From contig NC_043000.1 in the NCBI RefSeq assembly GCF_006345805.1, forward strand, positions 22,630,001 to 22,694,000: a DNA stretch of 64,000 nucleotides. Direction: 5' to 3'. Within the stretch, counting starts at the first letter, position 1, and each line of letters opens with the position of its first letter. Below the pieces are notes generated by a model, which searched no databases, was not told the origin of the DNA, and saw only the letters and a list, made by a program, of their open reading frames with translations. Of this stretch, positions 1 to 13,066 are shown in pieces. Source of the stretch: Octopus sinensis. Taxonomy: Eukaryota. The position numbers and the translations under genes are program-made.

Positions 1-7
1 TCAACAG

Positions 8-74
8 CTGTGATGTTGTGCTCAAAATCTCAGACTCACCAACTGCCCAGTTTGACAGAAAGGTCAAACAGTTG
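8..74 (+). CDS. Internal exon of a CUB-domain transmembrane protein gene (CDVVLKISDSPTAQFDRKVKQL)
   Basis: Open frame ends at a strong donor TTG|GTAAGT (phase 0). It joins in frame to the exon at 24001 to give a CUB-like C-D-x2-L-x-I-x-D...L-x-C pattern. The start is uncertain: an AG lies at 6-7, or the exon begins upstream of the window. Confidence 0.6.
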
Positions 75-250
75 GTAAGTTACTGTTTCTTATTCTTTTA
101 TATGCTTATCAGTTCATTTATTTGTTCATTTATTTATTTTTTCAGTCTTTGTTTTTCATCCTCTTTCTCCTTGTCCTCCCCATCACCACTATCATCATTA
201 TTATCATCATTTAATGCCTATCTTCCATGCTAGAATAGGTTTGTTCCTTC

Positions 251-528
251 TCGAGCCATGCCTGGCTCATAAGGGCTGGTTTCCCGGTTTCCTTGGCATA
301 TAGGTTCCCCACCTGGATGGGATGCCGGTGAGCTGCAAGATGCAGGAGAAAAGAGTGAGAGAAATTTGTGACGAAAGAGTCAGCAGAAGTTTACCATTAA
401 ACTTCTGCCGGAGCTGCGTGGAGCTTAGGTGTTTCGCTCATAAACACACACATCGCCCGGTCTGAGATTCAAACCTGCGATCCCTCGACCATGAGTCCGC
501 TGCTCTAACCACTAGGCCATATGCCTCC
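251..528 (-). mobile_element. tRNA-derived SINE (family D)
   Basis: Minus-strand head GGAGGCATATGGCCTAGTGGTTAG...GGTTTGAATC carries A and B boxes. Homologous to 14947-15247. Confidence 0.75.
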
Positions 529-1439
529 ACTTTGAGATATTCTCCACATATGCTAGAATAGGTGGGATAGTTCAAGAGTATCTGATGAGCCAGGGGACTG
601 CATGATGCTCCAGTGTCTACTTTCTATGGCTGAATGCTCTTCCTTAACCAAACGTTCTACAGAGTGTACTGGGTGCTTTGTTTGTGGCATCAGCACTTGT
701 GAAGTCACCAAGTAATTTTCAAGACAAAAAAAAAAGGCTCCCTTGATTGAATGGGGGGTGTAGTGGAGAGAGGTGATTTTATATTTGGTAGTGAGAAGTG
801 AAGGTGATAGAAAGACAGGAATAGCTATCTTGCTGTTGAGGAGATACATGGTTATCCTGCATTAAATAAACGATGGGTGAGAGTAGCTGGAAAGAGAGAT
901 GAAGATGGTAGTGATTAGAGAGAGAGAGATGTACAGTGACAGAGATGGAAGTCAGCGGTACATAGGTGTGGATGCAGTGAGTAGTGAGCAAAAGTGGGGT
1001 GCAGTCATTGGCAGATTATGAAACGAAGTTAAGGATCAAATGTGGAAGTCTTAAGATGTAACTCAGTGGAAACAGAGAAGTAGCTAACAACATAGAAAAG
1101 GTGATCAGGGAAAAATAAAGTGGGAAGGGATGATATTGAGAATAAGGGATGGATTTCAAAAAAAGTGGTTCCAGGGCTAGGGATAACTGGTAGCACAAGA
1201 AGTGATGAAATGTGTGGAATCCTGTTCTCATATAATTGCAGCAGATGAATAGTACTGTAGTTAGAAAGGTAATGAAGGGATAGATGTTAGGAAGAGGTGG
1301 GGAAAATTTGACTAGGATAGATTAGGGGCAGGACCCAATGTATGTATAGATATAAATATAATGCTTGTAGTATCTCAGTTTTTCCATGATGGATAAGTTT
1401 TCTCAAGCCTAGTGAATTGCCAATCATCTTCGTTGTTTA

Positions 1440-1830
1440 TCATCTCCTGTGAGGTTCAGCATCCTGAGTCACTCATCCCTACTTTATCCCACATTTCTCT
1501 GGGTCTCCTTCCATAAGTTCCATCCACTCTAAATGACCAGCACTTCTTTATGAAGTTGTCCACATCCATATTCACCACATGACTATACTAACAGAATCCT
1601 CTCTCTTGCACACAACATCTAATTCCTCTTAAGCCCAAATTTTTCTTTCAGCATATTTGTACTTTGTCGTATCTACATACTGATGTTGCACAGTCAATGG
1701 AGCATTTTAACTTCTTTTCTTCCTTTGCATACCCCACTGCATTCAGGTCCCATGTGTCACCACTCATGTAGCATTATTATTTGTGCATAAGCATCATGCA
1801 ATCAGCCTTTTTACTCTGAATCAACCTTTT
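1440..1830 (-). mobile_element. Old degenerate RTE RT C-terminal fragment
   Basis: Minus-strand translation LKEKFGLRGIRCCVQER...SHVVNMD...GTYGRRPRE.WD parallels the RTE C-terminus at 14090-14300. Confidence 0.6.
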
Positions 1831-2559
1831 AAGCTGAGAGAGAGAGAGTAAGAAAGAGAATGAGAGAGAGAGAGAGAGAGAGAGTGAGAGTGCTTTGAAC
1901 TTTCTATGATCAGTTCTTATTCTAGGAACTATATTTTCAGAACATCTTCATCTGCGGCTAATTAGGTCACCTAAGTACCAGAAGCTATCTAAATTATCTA
2001 AAAAAACAAACAAACAAACAAACAAACTCATCCATTAAAAACAATTAATGATGTTTAATGATGTTACAGTTTGAATATATCTGCAAATTCTGATATTTGT
2101 ACAAAGAGTGTCTCTAAGAACAAAGTGTCTTATGATAGAATGTCTTTCCAAATGCTAATTTCCAAGTATTTAAGCTCTACTTCTATAGAGAGGTTTACTT
2201 ATTTTCATCTAAATTGACTCAGGCAAATAGTTATGTGTTTCTTGTGGCAGTAACATGATTTGTCACACACTTTATCAAAATATACTCTAATAAATCAGAT
2301 ATTATATCTTTCTTTATTGTGTTGGTGTTGTGGCTGTCCTAGATTTTGTCAGGCTTAGGGAGTACTTGGTGCAGTTTATCATGACATCAGCATGAGAGAG
2401 GTTGTCACATCTTTGACAAGACTACAAGGTTCTCTCAACCTAATATTATCTCTGCTCAATCACTAACCACTTTATAGGGTGTATTGGGTGCATTTTTTTT
2501 ATATCTGTCACTGTCAACCCTAATGAGTTTGCTTCATGCAAAGCATAAGGCAGTGAGGA

Positions 2560-2787
2560 TTAACCCTTTAGTGTTTAAACCGGCCATATCAGGCCAAAAT
2601 TGTCTTCCTGTTTTATGCTCAAACCAGCCAGCTCTGACCTCTCACACCTACCCTACAAAGTCATTCTAAAAATAAACAGGGACATCATCAAACTCTCAGA
2701 GTTACAAGATGCTGTACAATTAATTTAAAACAATGTAATTAAACAGGCTTTACATTTGACAGATTAATCTAAATGCTAAAGGGTTAA
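2560..2787 (+). mobile_element. TTAA-flanked MITE, second family
   Basis: TTAACCCTTTAG...CTAAAGGGTTAA termini. Other copies at 23435-23664, 32446-33228, 33737-34112 and 52000-52226. Confidence 0.75.
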
Positions 2788-3005
2788 AAAGTCTTCATTA
2801 TTTTGTACAGCCTCTATTCACATAAGGCAATATAACTAAAAAGGTGAACAGCAAATAGAATGGTAACTGAAGACAACCAGGTTGAACGATGAAGGGAACA
2901 CTAGCATGATCGTACAAAACAGTGATTGGAACGAAGGTAGGGGAGATGTGAGAAAGAGAGTGATGGCTATCAGTAATGTGTTGCCTGGGAATAGGGAATG
3001 ATGAC

Positions 3006-3491
3006 TTAACCCTTTTGATACCTACCCGACTGAAACTGCCTCTGGCTCTGTTGTACAAATATCTTGTTTTCAAAAGCTTTGAATTAAAATCTTCCACCAA
3101 ATCTTAGTCACAATTTATGTTCTTAATACTAGCTTAATGACAATTAAGTTGTTTTACTAAATTCTTTGTTATATTTAAAATTAATTGAAAGAAACGCAGA
3201 GCATCTCAAAATAAATATGGAAATGAAAGGGTTAAAAAATATAATAGAGAAACAATTCTTAACCCTTTTGATACCTATCCAGCTGAAACCACCTCTGGCT
3301 TTGTAGTACATATGTCTTGTTTTCAATAGTTCTGAAATATAATCTTCCACCAAACCTTAGTCACAATTTATGTTCCTAATACTAGCTTAATGGTAACTAA
3401 GTTATTTTACTAAATTCTTCATTATGTTTAAAATTAATTGAAAAAAAAAACACAGAGCATCTCAACAGAAATATGGTAACAAAAAGGTTAA
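3006..3491 (+). mobile_element. Dimeric TTAA-flanked MITE (piggyBac-like termini)
   Basis: Two ~230-bp monomers TTAACCCTTT...AAAGGGTTAA separated by a 23-bp spacer at 3236-3258. Confidence 0.8.
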
Positions 3492-4073
3492 TACCTTACT
3501 AAACTCTTCAATCTTTATGATGGTATTTTTTATTGTATTGTGGATTTAAATTGCCTTTTCAGCAAGACATCAGCTCCTGTCCCTTTATTGTACTTTCATA
3601 TCCCTCAATATTGTGAGCTACTCAGTTAAGGGGTCTTGCTATGTGGATACTTGGTAACCTCAGAAGTGCTGATGCTACAAAAAAAATAGCACCTAGTACT
3701 TTCTGGGAAGGGCATGTAACTGTAGAAACCATTACCAAAGCAGATATTGGAGCTCTGCACAGTCCTTTGGTTCATCAGTTCAATTTGAACCATCAAACCC
3801 ATGCCAGCATGGAAAATGGATGTTAAATGGTGATGATGATGATGATGTAGTAGTATATATGTATCATCATTTAGCATCCATTGTGCATGCTGGCATGGGT
3901 TGGATTGTTTGACCAGGACTGGTAAGCTGAGGGGCTATGGCAGACTCCAGTCTGATATAGCATGGTTTCTATGGCTGGATGTCCTTCCTAATGCCAACAA
4001 CTCTGAGAGTGTAATGAGTGCTTTTATGTGCCACCAGCACGGGTACCTGTTGTGGGATACCAGTATCTGCCAT

Positions 4074-4560
4074 GCATCATCATCATTACCATCATCGTTT
4101 AACATCTGTTTTCCATGCTAGCATGGGTTGGACAGTTTGACCAGGGGCTGGGAAGCCAGGAGGCTGTACCAGGCTCCAGTCTGCTCTGGCAGTATTTCTA
4201 CAGCTGGATGCCCTTCCTAATGCCAACCACTCCGTGAGTGTAGTGGGTGCTTTTTACATGCCACCAGCATGGGCCAGAGGAGGCTGGCAATGGCCACTAT
4301 CAGTGCTTTTTACTTGCCACCGGCACGGAAGCCAGCCAAGGCAGCGCTGGCATCGGCCATGTTCGGATGGTGCTTTTTACATGCCACCAGCATGGGTATC
4401 ACAACTACAATTTCCATTTGATTTTTATTTTGATGTTGATGTACTTGACTGAATAGGTCTCCTCAAGCACAGCAGGTCACCCCACGATCCAAGGTGAGCA
4501 CAGCAGGCCATCCTGCAATCCAAGGTACTTTGAATGGGCTGGGGCTGGTTGCATGAAGCT
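4074..4560 (-). mobile_element. 5'-truncated RTE 3'UTR copy with (GAT)n tail
   Basis: catcatc...tttaacatctgttttccatgctagcatgggttggac signature. A second copy lies at 3864-4072 and an opposite-strand tail at ~3770-3847. Confidence 0.75.
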
Positions 4561-5124
4561 GGTGGGTATAAAGTCATCTGGTGAAAGCCACTGATGTCTA
4601 TGTTTAGCCCCAGATACGTTTTGTTTCTATTCCTAAATAATTACATTTCCATCATTTTCCAATTTCCATTCAAGCAGTTTTCCGGTTATCTGTTGATAAA
4701 CAAACATTAAATAATAATGTCTGGATGACTTGCTTTGATTTCCTTATCAGTCTCAACAGTCATAACATGGCAGGGTATTGTGACTTGGTTGTTGCTAATG
4801 AATTTTTGATTGCTGCTTATAGCATTTGATGTTTGCTCAAATTTTGACAACGCTTAAATTATTGTTGGTAAGGGCAGTGGTTTGGCAGAATCATTGGTGT
4901 GTCTGGCACTTGCATATGGCATCTTCCTGTATTTCTTTCAGACTTCCATGTTCTGAGTTCAAATCCTGCCAAGGTCCAGTAAGTGCCAACTTGAGTGACT
5001 AAGCTACTTCCACTGATTTCAGGCCTTATACCTCTGTTAGAAATTATTGTTATTCTAGTCAAGATGAGAGACACACACACACACACACACAGAGGTTTGT
5101 TCATTTTATATTTTCTTCTCTCAG

Positions 5125-5460
5125 TACTCCCTGACTGGTTCTCATGCTGGTGGCATATAAAATGCACCAACCAAACGTGACCCATGCCAGTACCCCCGAT
5201 TGACCCCTGTGCTGGTGGCACGTAAAAAGCACTATCTGAATGTGATCAATGCCAGGCCTGCCTGACTGGCTCCTGTGCTGGTGGCATGTAAAAAGCACCC
5301 ACTACACTCTCTGAGTGGTTGGCTTTATGAAGGGCATCCAGCTGTAGAAACATTGCCAGATCAGATTGGAGCCTGGTACAGTCACTGGCTCTTCAGACCT
5401 CAGTCAAACCATCCAACCCATACCAGCATGGAAAACGGACCTCAAATGATGATGATGATG
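5125..5460 (+). mobile_element. 5'-truncated RTE 3'UTR copy
   Basis: Ends ...ccaacccataccagcatggaaaacggacctcaaat(gat)n. Confidence 0.7.
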
Positions 5461-6532
5461 TTAGTAAAAGTTAGATGACTACATACCCTTGTTTTTGGAA
5501 TAAGGGGTCTTTCTATTTCATACATCATTGAAAGTGTAGAATTCATACACATACATGCACCCATGTGCATGCACACAAACACACACACACATGCATGCAC
5601 ATGCAGAAGCACATACACACACCATATTTCTCTTTCTCTCTTTCTCACACACATACACACAAGTGAAGGGCTTCAGGTAGTTTTCATCTCAATTGGTTGG
5701 ACAGAGGCTATAGTGGAAGACACCTGCCAAAGGTGTTGAACCTAAATCCTCATTGTTGCAAGCAGATTCCTTATCCACACAGCCATGCCTGCATCTATAG
5801 TGAAATAAAACGTCTGATTCTCTTCATTCAATTTGGTCATTACCCAATTAATATTTATCATTAATTAATTAGAAATTAAAATGTGTTTCCATTATCTGTA
5901 TTGGGGAGTTCAATCCAGTGTAAAAAAAACCAAACAAATCAAATCAAAAACAGAAAAAAAAACTGGTGAAAAAAAATAGTATTCAAAAGAATTTAATTAC
6001 TAATTTTCCTTTTGTTTTTGATTTATTTGAAGCTAAGAATCATAAACACATTTATGAGTCTGACTCTAATCTCTGAAGATATCATAAATGAGCAATCATT
6101 TTTTTCTTTATTTTCTTTCTTTTTTTTTTATATAATTTTTCAATCAAAAATTGTGTAACAATTTTGTTTGAAACACTTCAAATTTTTTCCAATGTGTTAT
6201 GTATAAATAACTTTATAAATAACTGCATAATATTTTATGCGTAAAAGAAATTTTTTTCATTCTCATCAATACATGTCAGTTGTGATAAATAGTTGAGGTA
6301 GTGACAATAATTTAAAGTGACTGCTTGCAGTATCATTCATAAATTGCATTATGCTTGAAGTTTAGATTGTTATTGTGAGTATATTATGAGCAGGAGTGGC
6401 TGTGTGGTAAGTAGCTTGCTTGCCAGCCACATGGTTCCGGACACCTTGGGCAACTGTCTTCTGCTATAGCCTCAGGCCAACCAAAGCCTTGTGAGTGTGG
6501 ATTTGGTAGATGGAAAGTGAAAGAAGCCTGTC

Positions 6533-6563
<31 letters not shown>

Positions 6564-6750
6564 GGGAGAGTTTATGAAAAAAACAAAAGACGAAGACAGG
6601 TGGTGTAGAAAACAAACAGATGTATTAGTATAACACCACTCAGGAATAGAAAAAGTCTTTTACGTTTCGAGCCTACGCTCTTCTACAGAAAGGGACACAG
6701 AAAAAACAAGGAGAGAAAGAAAATGTGTAGTGGCTAACGATCTATCATGC
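6564..6750 (-). mobile_element. Penelope-like terminal-repeat fragment next to (TA)n, with a hammerhead-like fold
   Basis: The same family occurs at 14622-14905 and 15283-15470. The minus strand reads cttt-CTGTAGA-a-gagc-gtag-gctc-GAAAC-GT-A-aaag. Confidence 0.5.
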
Positions 6751-6910
6751 CGATGGGGGTGCTTTTATGTGCCACCAGCATGTATATATATATATATAGT
6801 TGGGTACAAAAATTCAGGGTGAGTACTTGATAATTGTAAGCAGCTGTATATACCGTTTGGTGGTGTAGGTGGTGGAGTAAATTAATCAAATATATATATA
6901 TACACATGTA

Positions 6911-6941
<31 letters not shown>

Positions 6942-6943
<2 letters not shown>

Positions 6944-7335
6944 CTAGCAGTATCACTCGGCGTTGCTCGGGTTTGTTTTGACCCGCTGGAATTGGAATTT
7001 TTGAAAAGTAAAAATTTTGCATTATGTAGCTTGTTATTCTTTTTAAGTGAACATTTTTCTAGTTGAAATACACCGAAAAGTGGCGACACAGCAGTGAAAA
7101 AATGGTAAAAAATAGGGATTTTCATAGAAAAAAGCAGCTTTTTGATGTAAATAATTTTTGGTGTTAACATGGTCCGATTTGAATTTTATCTTCTACGGAA
7201 GGAAGAGGAACCCTTCTTCTATCATACTCTCAATTTTGGTCAACTTGTGCCGCAGGGTCTCAGAGGAGATAGTGTTAGTTGAAGGCTACCAAACCTGCCG
7301 CATACAGACAACTTCAGCTTTATATAGAGAGAGAT
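6942..7335 (+). mobile_element. Putative non-autonomous Helitron/Helentron-like element
   Basis: Starts TACTAG with a nearby GC hairpin-like ctcggcgttgctcggg and ends ctttatatagagagagat. Inserted in (TA)n. Family assignment is from recall. Confidence 0.4.
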
Positions 7336-7350
7336 AACACACACACATTA

Positions 7351-7385
<35 letters not shown>

Positions 7386-8616
7386 TATGTATGTATGTAT
7401 ATATGTACATCTGTCCACTTCTTGCCATATTTTTATCCTTCACTTCCTACACACACACACACACTCACACACACACACACACGCACGCACACATACACAC
7501 ACACACCTTCTTAGCTTACAATTTCTTTCTTTCAACAATTGACAACTGAAGTACGCTTGCCAATTAATACTACCAAAATTTAGCGACAGAAAGTAAATTA
7601 AAAACCAATTTACCTTTTCTGTTGAGTTATGGCAATTCGACCGTTGGTTTGTGTTTGCAAATGTGTTCGAATGAGAAAGTGAATTGTGTTTGGCGCCTTT
7701 TTTACTAATAACAAACACACACGTGTGTGTGTGTTTGAGTGTTTGTATGTAGTTGTTTGAAACGTTTGTGTTTGTCACTGTCATATATGTATATGTTTGC
7801 GTGTGTATGTGAGGAATGGCAAACCAGATAGATAGAGCGCGAAGTTCTTTTGAAGTTCGCGCTCCGTTTGTGTGTGTGCGTGCTTTAGGTGTATGTAGGT
7901 ATGTGTTTTTGTGTGTGTGTCACTGAAGCCATACATACATAACCTCTCTCTCTTCTTTTCTCTCTCAGTCACTCACTACAAAAAGTGAATAAAAAAGTTC
8001 TGTTACCTCTGTCTTTCACACATACACACACAGCACAACATTACTCTCTCTGTCTCTTTACACACACTAACAAAAGCACTTCACTTACACACCACACTTT
8101 CTGTGTCGCACACCCCATCAAACATACACACACACTCACGCACACATGTACATAAATGCTTCCGATGCACACCAACTTCAAAAGAACTTTCCGAAAAAAA
8201 ATGCACGTGTATCTGTTTTCCCGCTTGCAAAGAGAAAGTAGGGGAGAAAGTGTGGAAATAGACGGAGGAAAGCATTTGAAATGAGAGAGGCAATCGTATA
8301 TGTATATGTTTGCGTGTCTATGTGTGTGTACGCTTGCAAAGAGAAAGTAGCAGAAAGTGTGGTAATAGAAAGAGTGAAGCATTTGAAATGAGAGAGGCAA
8401 ATCATAAAATATTGAGTTTGATCTAATTTTTGCTTAATTGGGGGTCAAATTGAAAAAAATTTATATGCCATGACCCAATCGAATCTACTTCGAAAAATCA
8501 TAGGTAAATTCCAATTGAAGAAATTGTATGTTGTACAATTGTATTAAAAACGAACATGGTAACAGGCAGAGAAAATCTGCCTTTTATCATAAGAGATACA
8601 TATATGTATATATACA

Positions 8617-9069
8617 TGTGAAGACTTGTTGAGGCAAGTGAAATTGAAGTCAAATCAAATTCACAAATTCGATGACTGGCACCCATACCAGTGGAGCACT
8701 AAGAGCACCATCTAAGTGTGATTGCTGCCAGAGCAGCTGACTGGCTTCCATGCCAGTGGCACATAAAAAGCACCATACGAATGTGATCGTTACCAGTGTC
8801 ACCTTACTGGCACTTGTGCCAGTGACATGTAAACAACATTCGAGTGAGGTTGTTGCCAGTGCCGCTGGACTGGCTGCTGTGTAGATGGCATGTATAATCA
8901 CCACTTGAGTGTGGCCATGACTGGTGGCACGTAAAAGCATCCAGCTGTAGAAACTCTGCCAGGTCAGATTGGAGCCTGGTGTAGCCATCTGGTTCACCAG
9001 TCCTCATTTAAATCGTCCAACCTATGCTAGCATGGAAAGTGGACATTAAACGATGATGATGATGATGAT

Positions 9070-9070
<1 letters not shown>
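8617..9070 (+). mobile_element. 5'-truncated RTE 3'UTR copy
   Basis: Begins gtgaagacttgttgaggcaagtg (as at 14430-14452) and ends in (gat)n next to (TA)n. Confidence 0.75.
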
Positions 9071-9113
<43 letters not shown>

Positions 9114-9987
9114 ACCTTCTGTCTTTCATTTGCCATATCATCATCATTTAACATCCATTTTCCATGCTGGCATGGGTTGGACGGTTCGACTGGGGTCTGG
9201 GAAGCCATGAGGCTGCACCAGGCTCCAAACTGATCTGGCATATATATATTATATGTGTGTGTGTGTATGCTTGTGTGTCTCTGTGTTTGTCCCACCACCT
9301 TCATTTAACAACTGATGCTGGTGTGTTTACATCTCCATAACTTAGCGGTTCGACAAAAGTGACTGATAGAATAAGTACTAGGCTTACAAAGAATAAGTCC
9401 TGGGGTCAATTTGTTCGACTTAAGGTGGTGCTCCAGCATGGCCGCAGTCAAATGGCTGAAACAAATAAAAGAATAAAAAGAGTCTATTGAAGTTTATACA
9501 TCACAGGCATGGCAATGTGTTTAAGAGGTTTACTTCATAACTATACGATCCTGGTTTCAAACTCAAAGCATGGCATCATGGGCAGATCTCTTGGATTCTA
9601 TCTTTGGTTTGACCAATACCTTAAGAATAGAATTTGGTAGATGGAATGCTGTGCAGAAGCTTGTATGTGCTTGTGTGTACCTCACCTCTTTTCTTCTACT
9701 AAATGTGAGTAGCCATGCAGATCTCTCAGCCGGAACCTGCTCTGTCACCCCACCTGTAATCTCCTTGTTCCCTAGCATGAAGCTGACTCTCCCCCACCTC
9801 CCCCAGGGGTTGTAGTTTTCTGAACTGCAGGGTGACCTCAATAGTACAGGTGGCACAAAATAAGCACTCGGTCCATGCTGTAAAGTGTGGTTGGCCTTGG
9901 GAAGGGCATCCAGCCGTAAAGATCATGCTAAACCAGACACTTGAGCCTGATGCAGACTTTGGACAGAGCAGATCCTGTCAAGCCAGA

Positions 9988-10218
9988 AGGGCGGTGAGCT
10001 GGCAGAATCGTTAGCACATCAGGTGAAATGCTTAGCAGTATTTTGTCTGCCATTACATTCTGAGTTCAAATTCTGCCAAAGTCAACTTGGGCTTTCATCC
10101 TTTCAGGGTCAATTAAATAAGTACCAGTTATGCACAAGGTTGATGTAATCAACTTAATCCCTTTGTCTGTCCTTGTTTGTCTCCTCTATGTTTAGCTCCG
10201 TGTGGGCAATAAAGAACT
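9988..10218 (+). mobile_element. SINE family B copy
   Basis: Aligns by eye to 46212-46442. Confidence 0.75.
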
Positions 10219-10334
10219 AGATCTTGTCAAATCATTCAGCCCATGCCAGCATAGAATGTAGACATTAAATGATAATATGATAATACATATATGTGTATAT
10301 ACATATATATATATGATAATACATATATACATAC

Positions 10335-10368
<34 letters not shown>

Positions 10369-10964
10369 ATGACATGTATATGTGAGTGTGTGTTTTCTCT
10401 GAGATATATCTAAGTTCTTTTTTTTATGGAGAGAAAGGTTCAGAACAGAACAAGTTTCTTGCTGTAGGAAAACTATGCAGTTACTCACATTATAGAAAAG
10501 AGGATATATACATATGTGTGTGTACTTGTATGTATATATATGTATAAATACATATAATGAATAATATTGTGTGTGAATGCATATGTAAGTAAATGTTTTG
10601 AAAACTACTGTGTATTAAAAAATAATAATATTGTGAAACAAGCTTTTTATCCAAGCAAACCATTAGATTATCCTTCACTTTCAATTTAATTTATGAGTTT
10701 TATTTTCTTTCCATTCAATTTAACCTTGCAGTTCTGTGAAAATATTTGTCATTTCATTTCCCCACAACTCAGTTGGACTTTATCTCATTACATAAAGCTG
10801 TTAATTTGCTTATTTGTTCTTGAAATTAATTTCTTTTGAAATCTAACCCATTTCCCATTTTCACATTTCTTGTTATCTTGCTTCTCCCTTTTATCTTTTG
10901 CTTAGAAAGACACACTTTTACACAATTTTATAAACAACAATTCTTATCTAAAAACTATATATAC

Positions 10965-11190
10965 ATCATCATCATTTAACGTCCGTTCTCCATGCTAGCA
11001 TGGGTTGGACGGTTCAGCCGGGGATCTGGGAAGCCAGAAGGCTGCACCAGGCTCCAGTCTTATCTGGCAGTGTTTCTACAGCTGGATGCCCTTCCTAACG
11101 CCAACCACTCCGTGAGTGTAGTGGGTGCTTTTTATGTGCCACCTGCACAGGTGCCAGGCGAGGCTGGCAACGGCCACGGTCGGATTGGTG
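10965..11190 (-). mobile_element. 5'-truncated RTE 3'UTR copy
   Basis: Tail signature plus one ~59-bp internal repeat. Confidence 0.75.
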
Positions 11191-11195
11191 TGTTT

Positions 11196-11228
<33 letters not shown>

Positions 11229-11499
11229 GAGGAAATAATTCAAAACTACATGGATAGAAGAGGATATTTTGATAAAATTGCAATAAAAAGAAATGTTTTT
11301 ATTGTATATCTTCAAAGTCTACTGCAAATCCAAAAGGACAGACAGCTGCATTGTTTGGGTTTATGGGGGTTACAGGAAGGAAGTGGGGGAAATATATAGG
11401 AGCATTTAAAGAGCTGAAAGTCACAAACAGGACCCAGACCATTAGTTGAAGCAATGAGAGTAAACTTTAAGCCATACTCACATATATATATATACATAC

Positions 11500-11542
<43 letters not shown>

Positions 11543-11551
11543 ATATATATA

Positions 11552-13066
11552 TCATCATCATCATCATCATCATTTAGCGTCCGTTTTCCATGCTAGCATG
11601 GGTTGGACGGTTCAACTGGGGTCTGGGGACCGAAGGCTGCACCAGGCCAGTCAGATCTGGCAGTGTTCTACAGCTGGATGCCCTTCCTAACGCCACCACT
11701 CCGAGAGTGTAGTGGGTGATTTTATGTGCCCGACACAGTGCCAGACGAGGCTGGCGAACGGCCACGCTCGGATGGTGTTTTTATGTGCCACCGACACAGG
11801 TGCCAGACGAGGCTGGCAGACGGCCACGCTCGGATGGTGTTTTTATGTGCCACCGACACAGGTGCCAGATGAGGCTGGCAGGTGCCAGACGAGGCTGGCA
11901 GACGGCCACGCTCGGATGGTGTTTTTATGTGCCACCGACACAGGTGCCAGATGAGGCTGGCGGACGGCCACGATCGGATGGTGTTTGTTACGTCCCAAAG
12001 CACGGAGGCCAGTCTATGCGGTACTGGCTACGGCCACGTTCGGATGATTTTCTTGTGTGCCACCGGCAACTGGTACCACAAAGCTACAAATTCCTTTATG
12101 CTCATCTATTTTGATTTGTTTTGATTTGATTTGATTTTCACTTGCCTCAACAGGTCTTCACAAGTGTCACTTGCCTCAACAGGTCTTCACAAGTGTCACA
12201 AGAAGGAAGGTATGCACAGGTGGACTGTCTACGTCGCCGGGTCTTCGGATGGTGTCTTTATGTGCCACCGACACAGGTGCCAGATGTGGCTGGCGAACGG
12301 CCACGATCGGATGGTTTTCTTGTGTGCCACCGGTACTGGAACCACAAAGATACAAATTCCATTGATGTTCATCTATTTTGATTTGGTTTGATTTTCACTT
12401 GCCTCAACAGGTCTTCACAAGTGTCACGCGTGTCACACACTTGCCTCAACAGGTCTCCACGTGTCACACATTGCCTCTGCCTCAACAGGTCTTCACAAAG
12501 TGTCACACACTTGCCTCTGCCTCAACAGGTCTTCACAAGTGTCATAAGAGGGAGGGATGCACAGGTGGACTGACTACGTCGCGGGTCTTTGGATGGTGTT
12601 TTTATGTGCCACCGACACAGGTGCCAGGTGAGGCTGGCGAACGGCCACGATCAGATGGTGTTTGTTGTGCCCACAGCACGGAGGCCAGTCGATGCGGTAC
12701 CAGCTACGGCCACTTCGGATGGTTTTCTTGTGTGCCACCGGTACTGGAACCACAAAGATACAAATTCCATTGATATTCATCTATTTTGATTTGGTTTGAT
12801 TTTCACTTGCCTCAACAGGTCTTCACAAGTGTCACACATTGCCTCAACAGGTCTTCACAAGTGTCATAAGAGGGAAGGTATGCACAGGTGGACTGACTAC
12901 GTCGCCGGGTCTTCGGATGGTGTCTTTATGTGCACCGGCACAGGTGCCAGATGAGGCTGGCGAACGGCCACGATCGGATGGTGTTTGTGCCCACAGCACG
13001 GAGGCCAGTCGATGCGGTACTGGTTACGGCCACGTTTGGGTGTTTTCTTGTGTGCCACCGGCACTG
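11552..13066 (-). repeat. Array 1: RTE 3' end with (GAT)n tail plus tandem ~320-345 bp 3'UTR units
   Basis: Reverse complement of the RTE 3'UTR at 14390-14621. The same junction gccgggtctt|(c/t)ggatggtg recurs at about 12245, 12589 and 12913. Confidence 0.9.

Noticed and set aside
553-1320. Purine-rich region with short minus-strand ORFs
   Set aside because: No recognisable protein motif or splice-consistent exon. It may be an old repeat.
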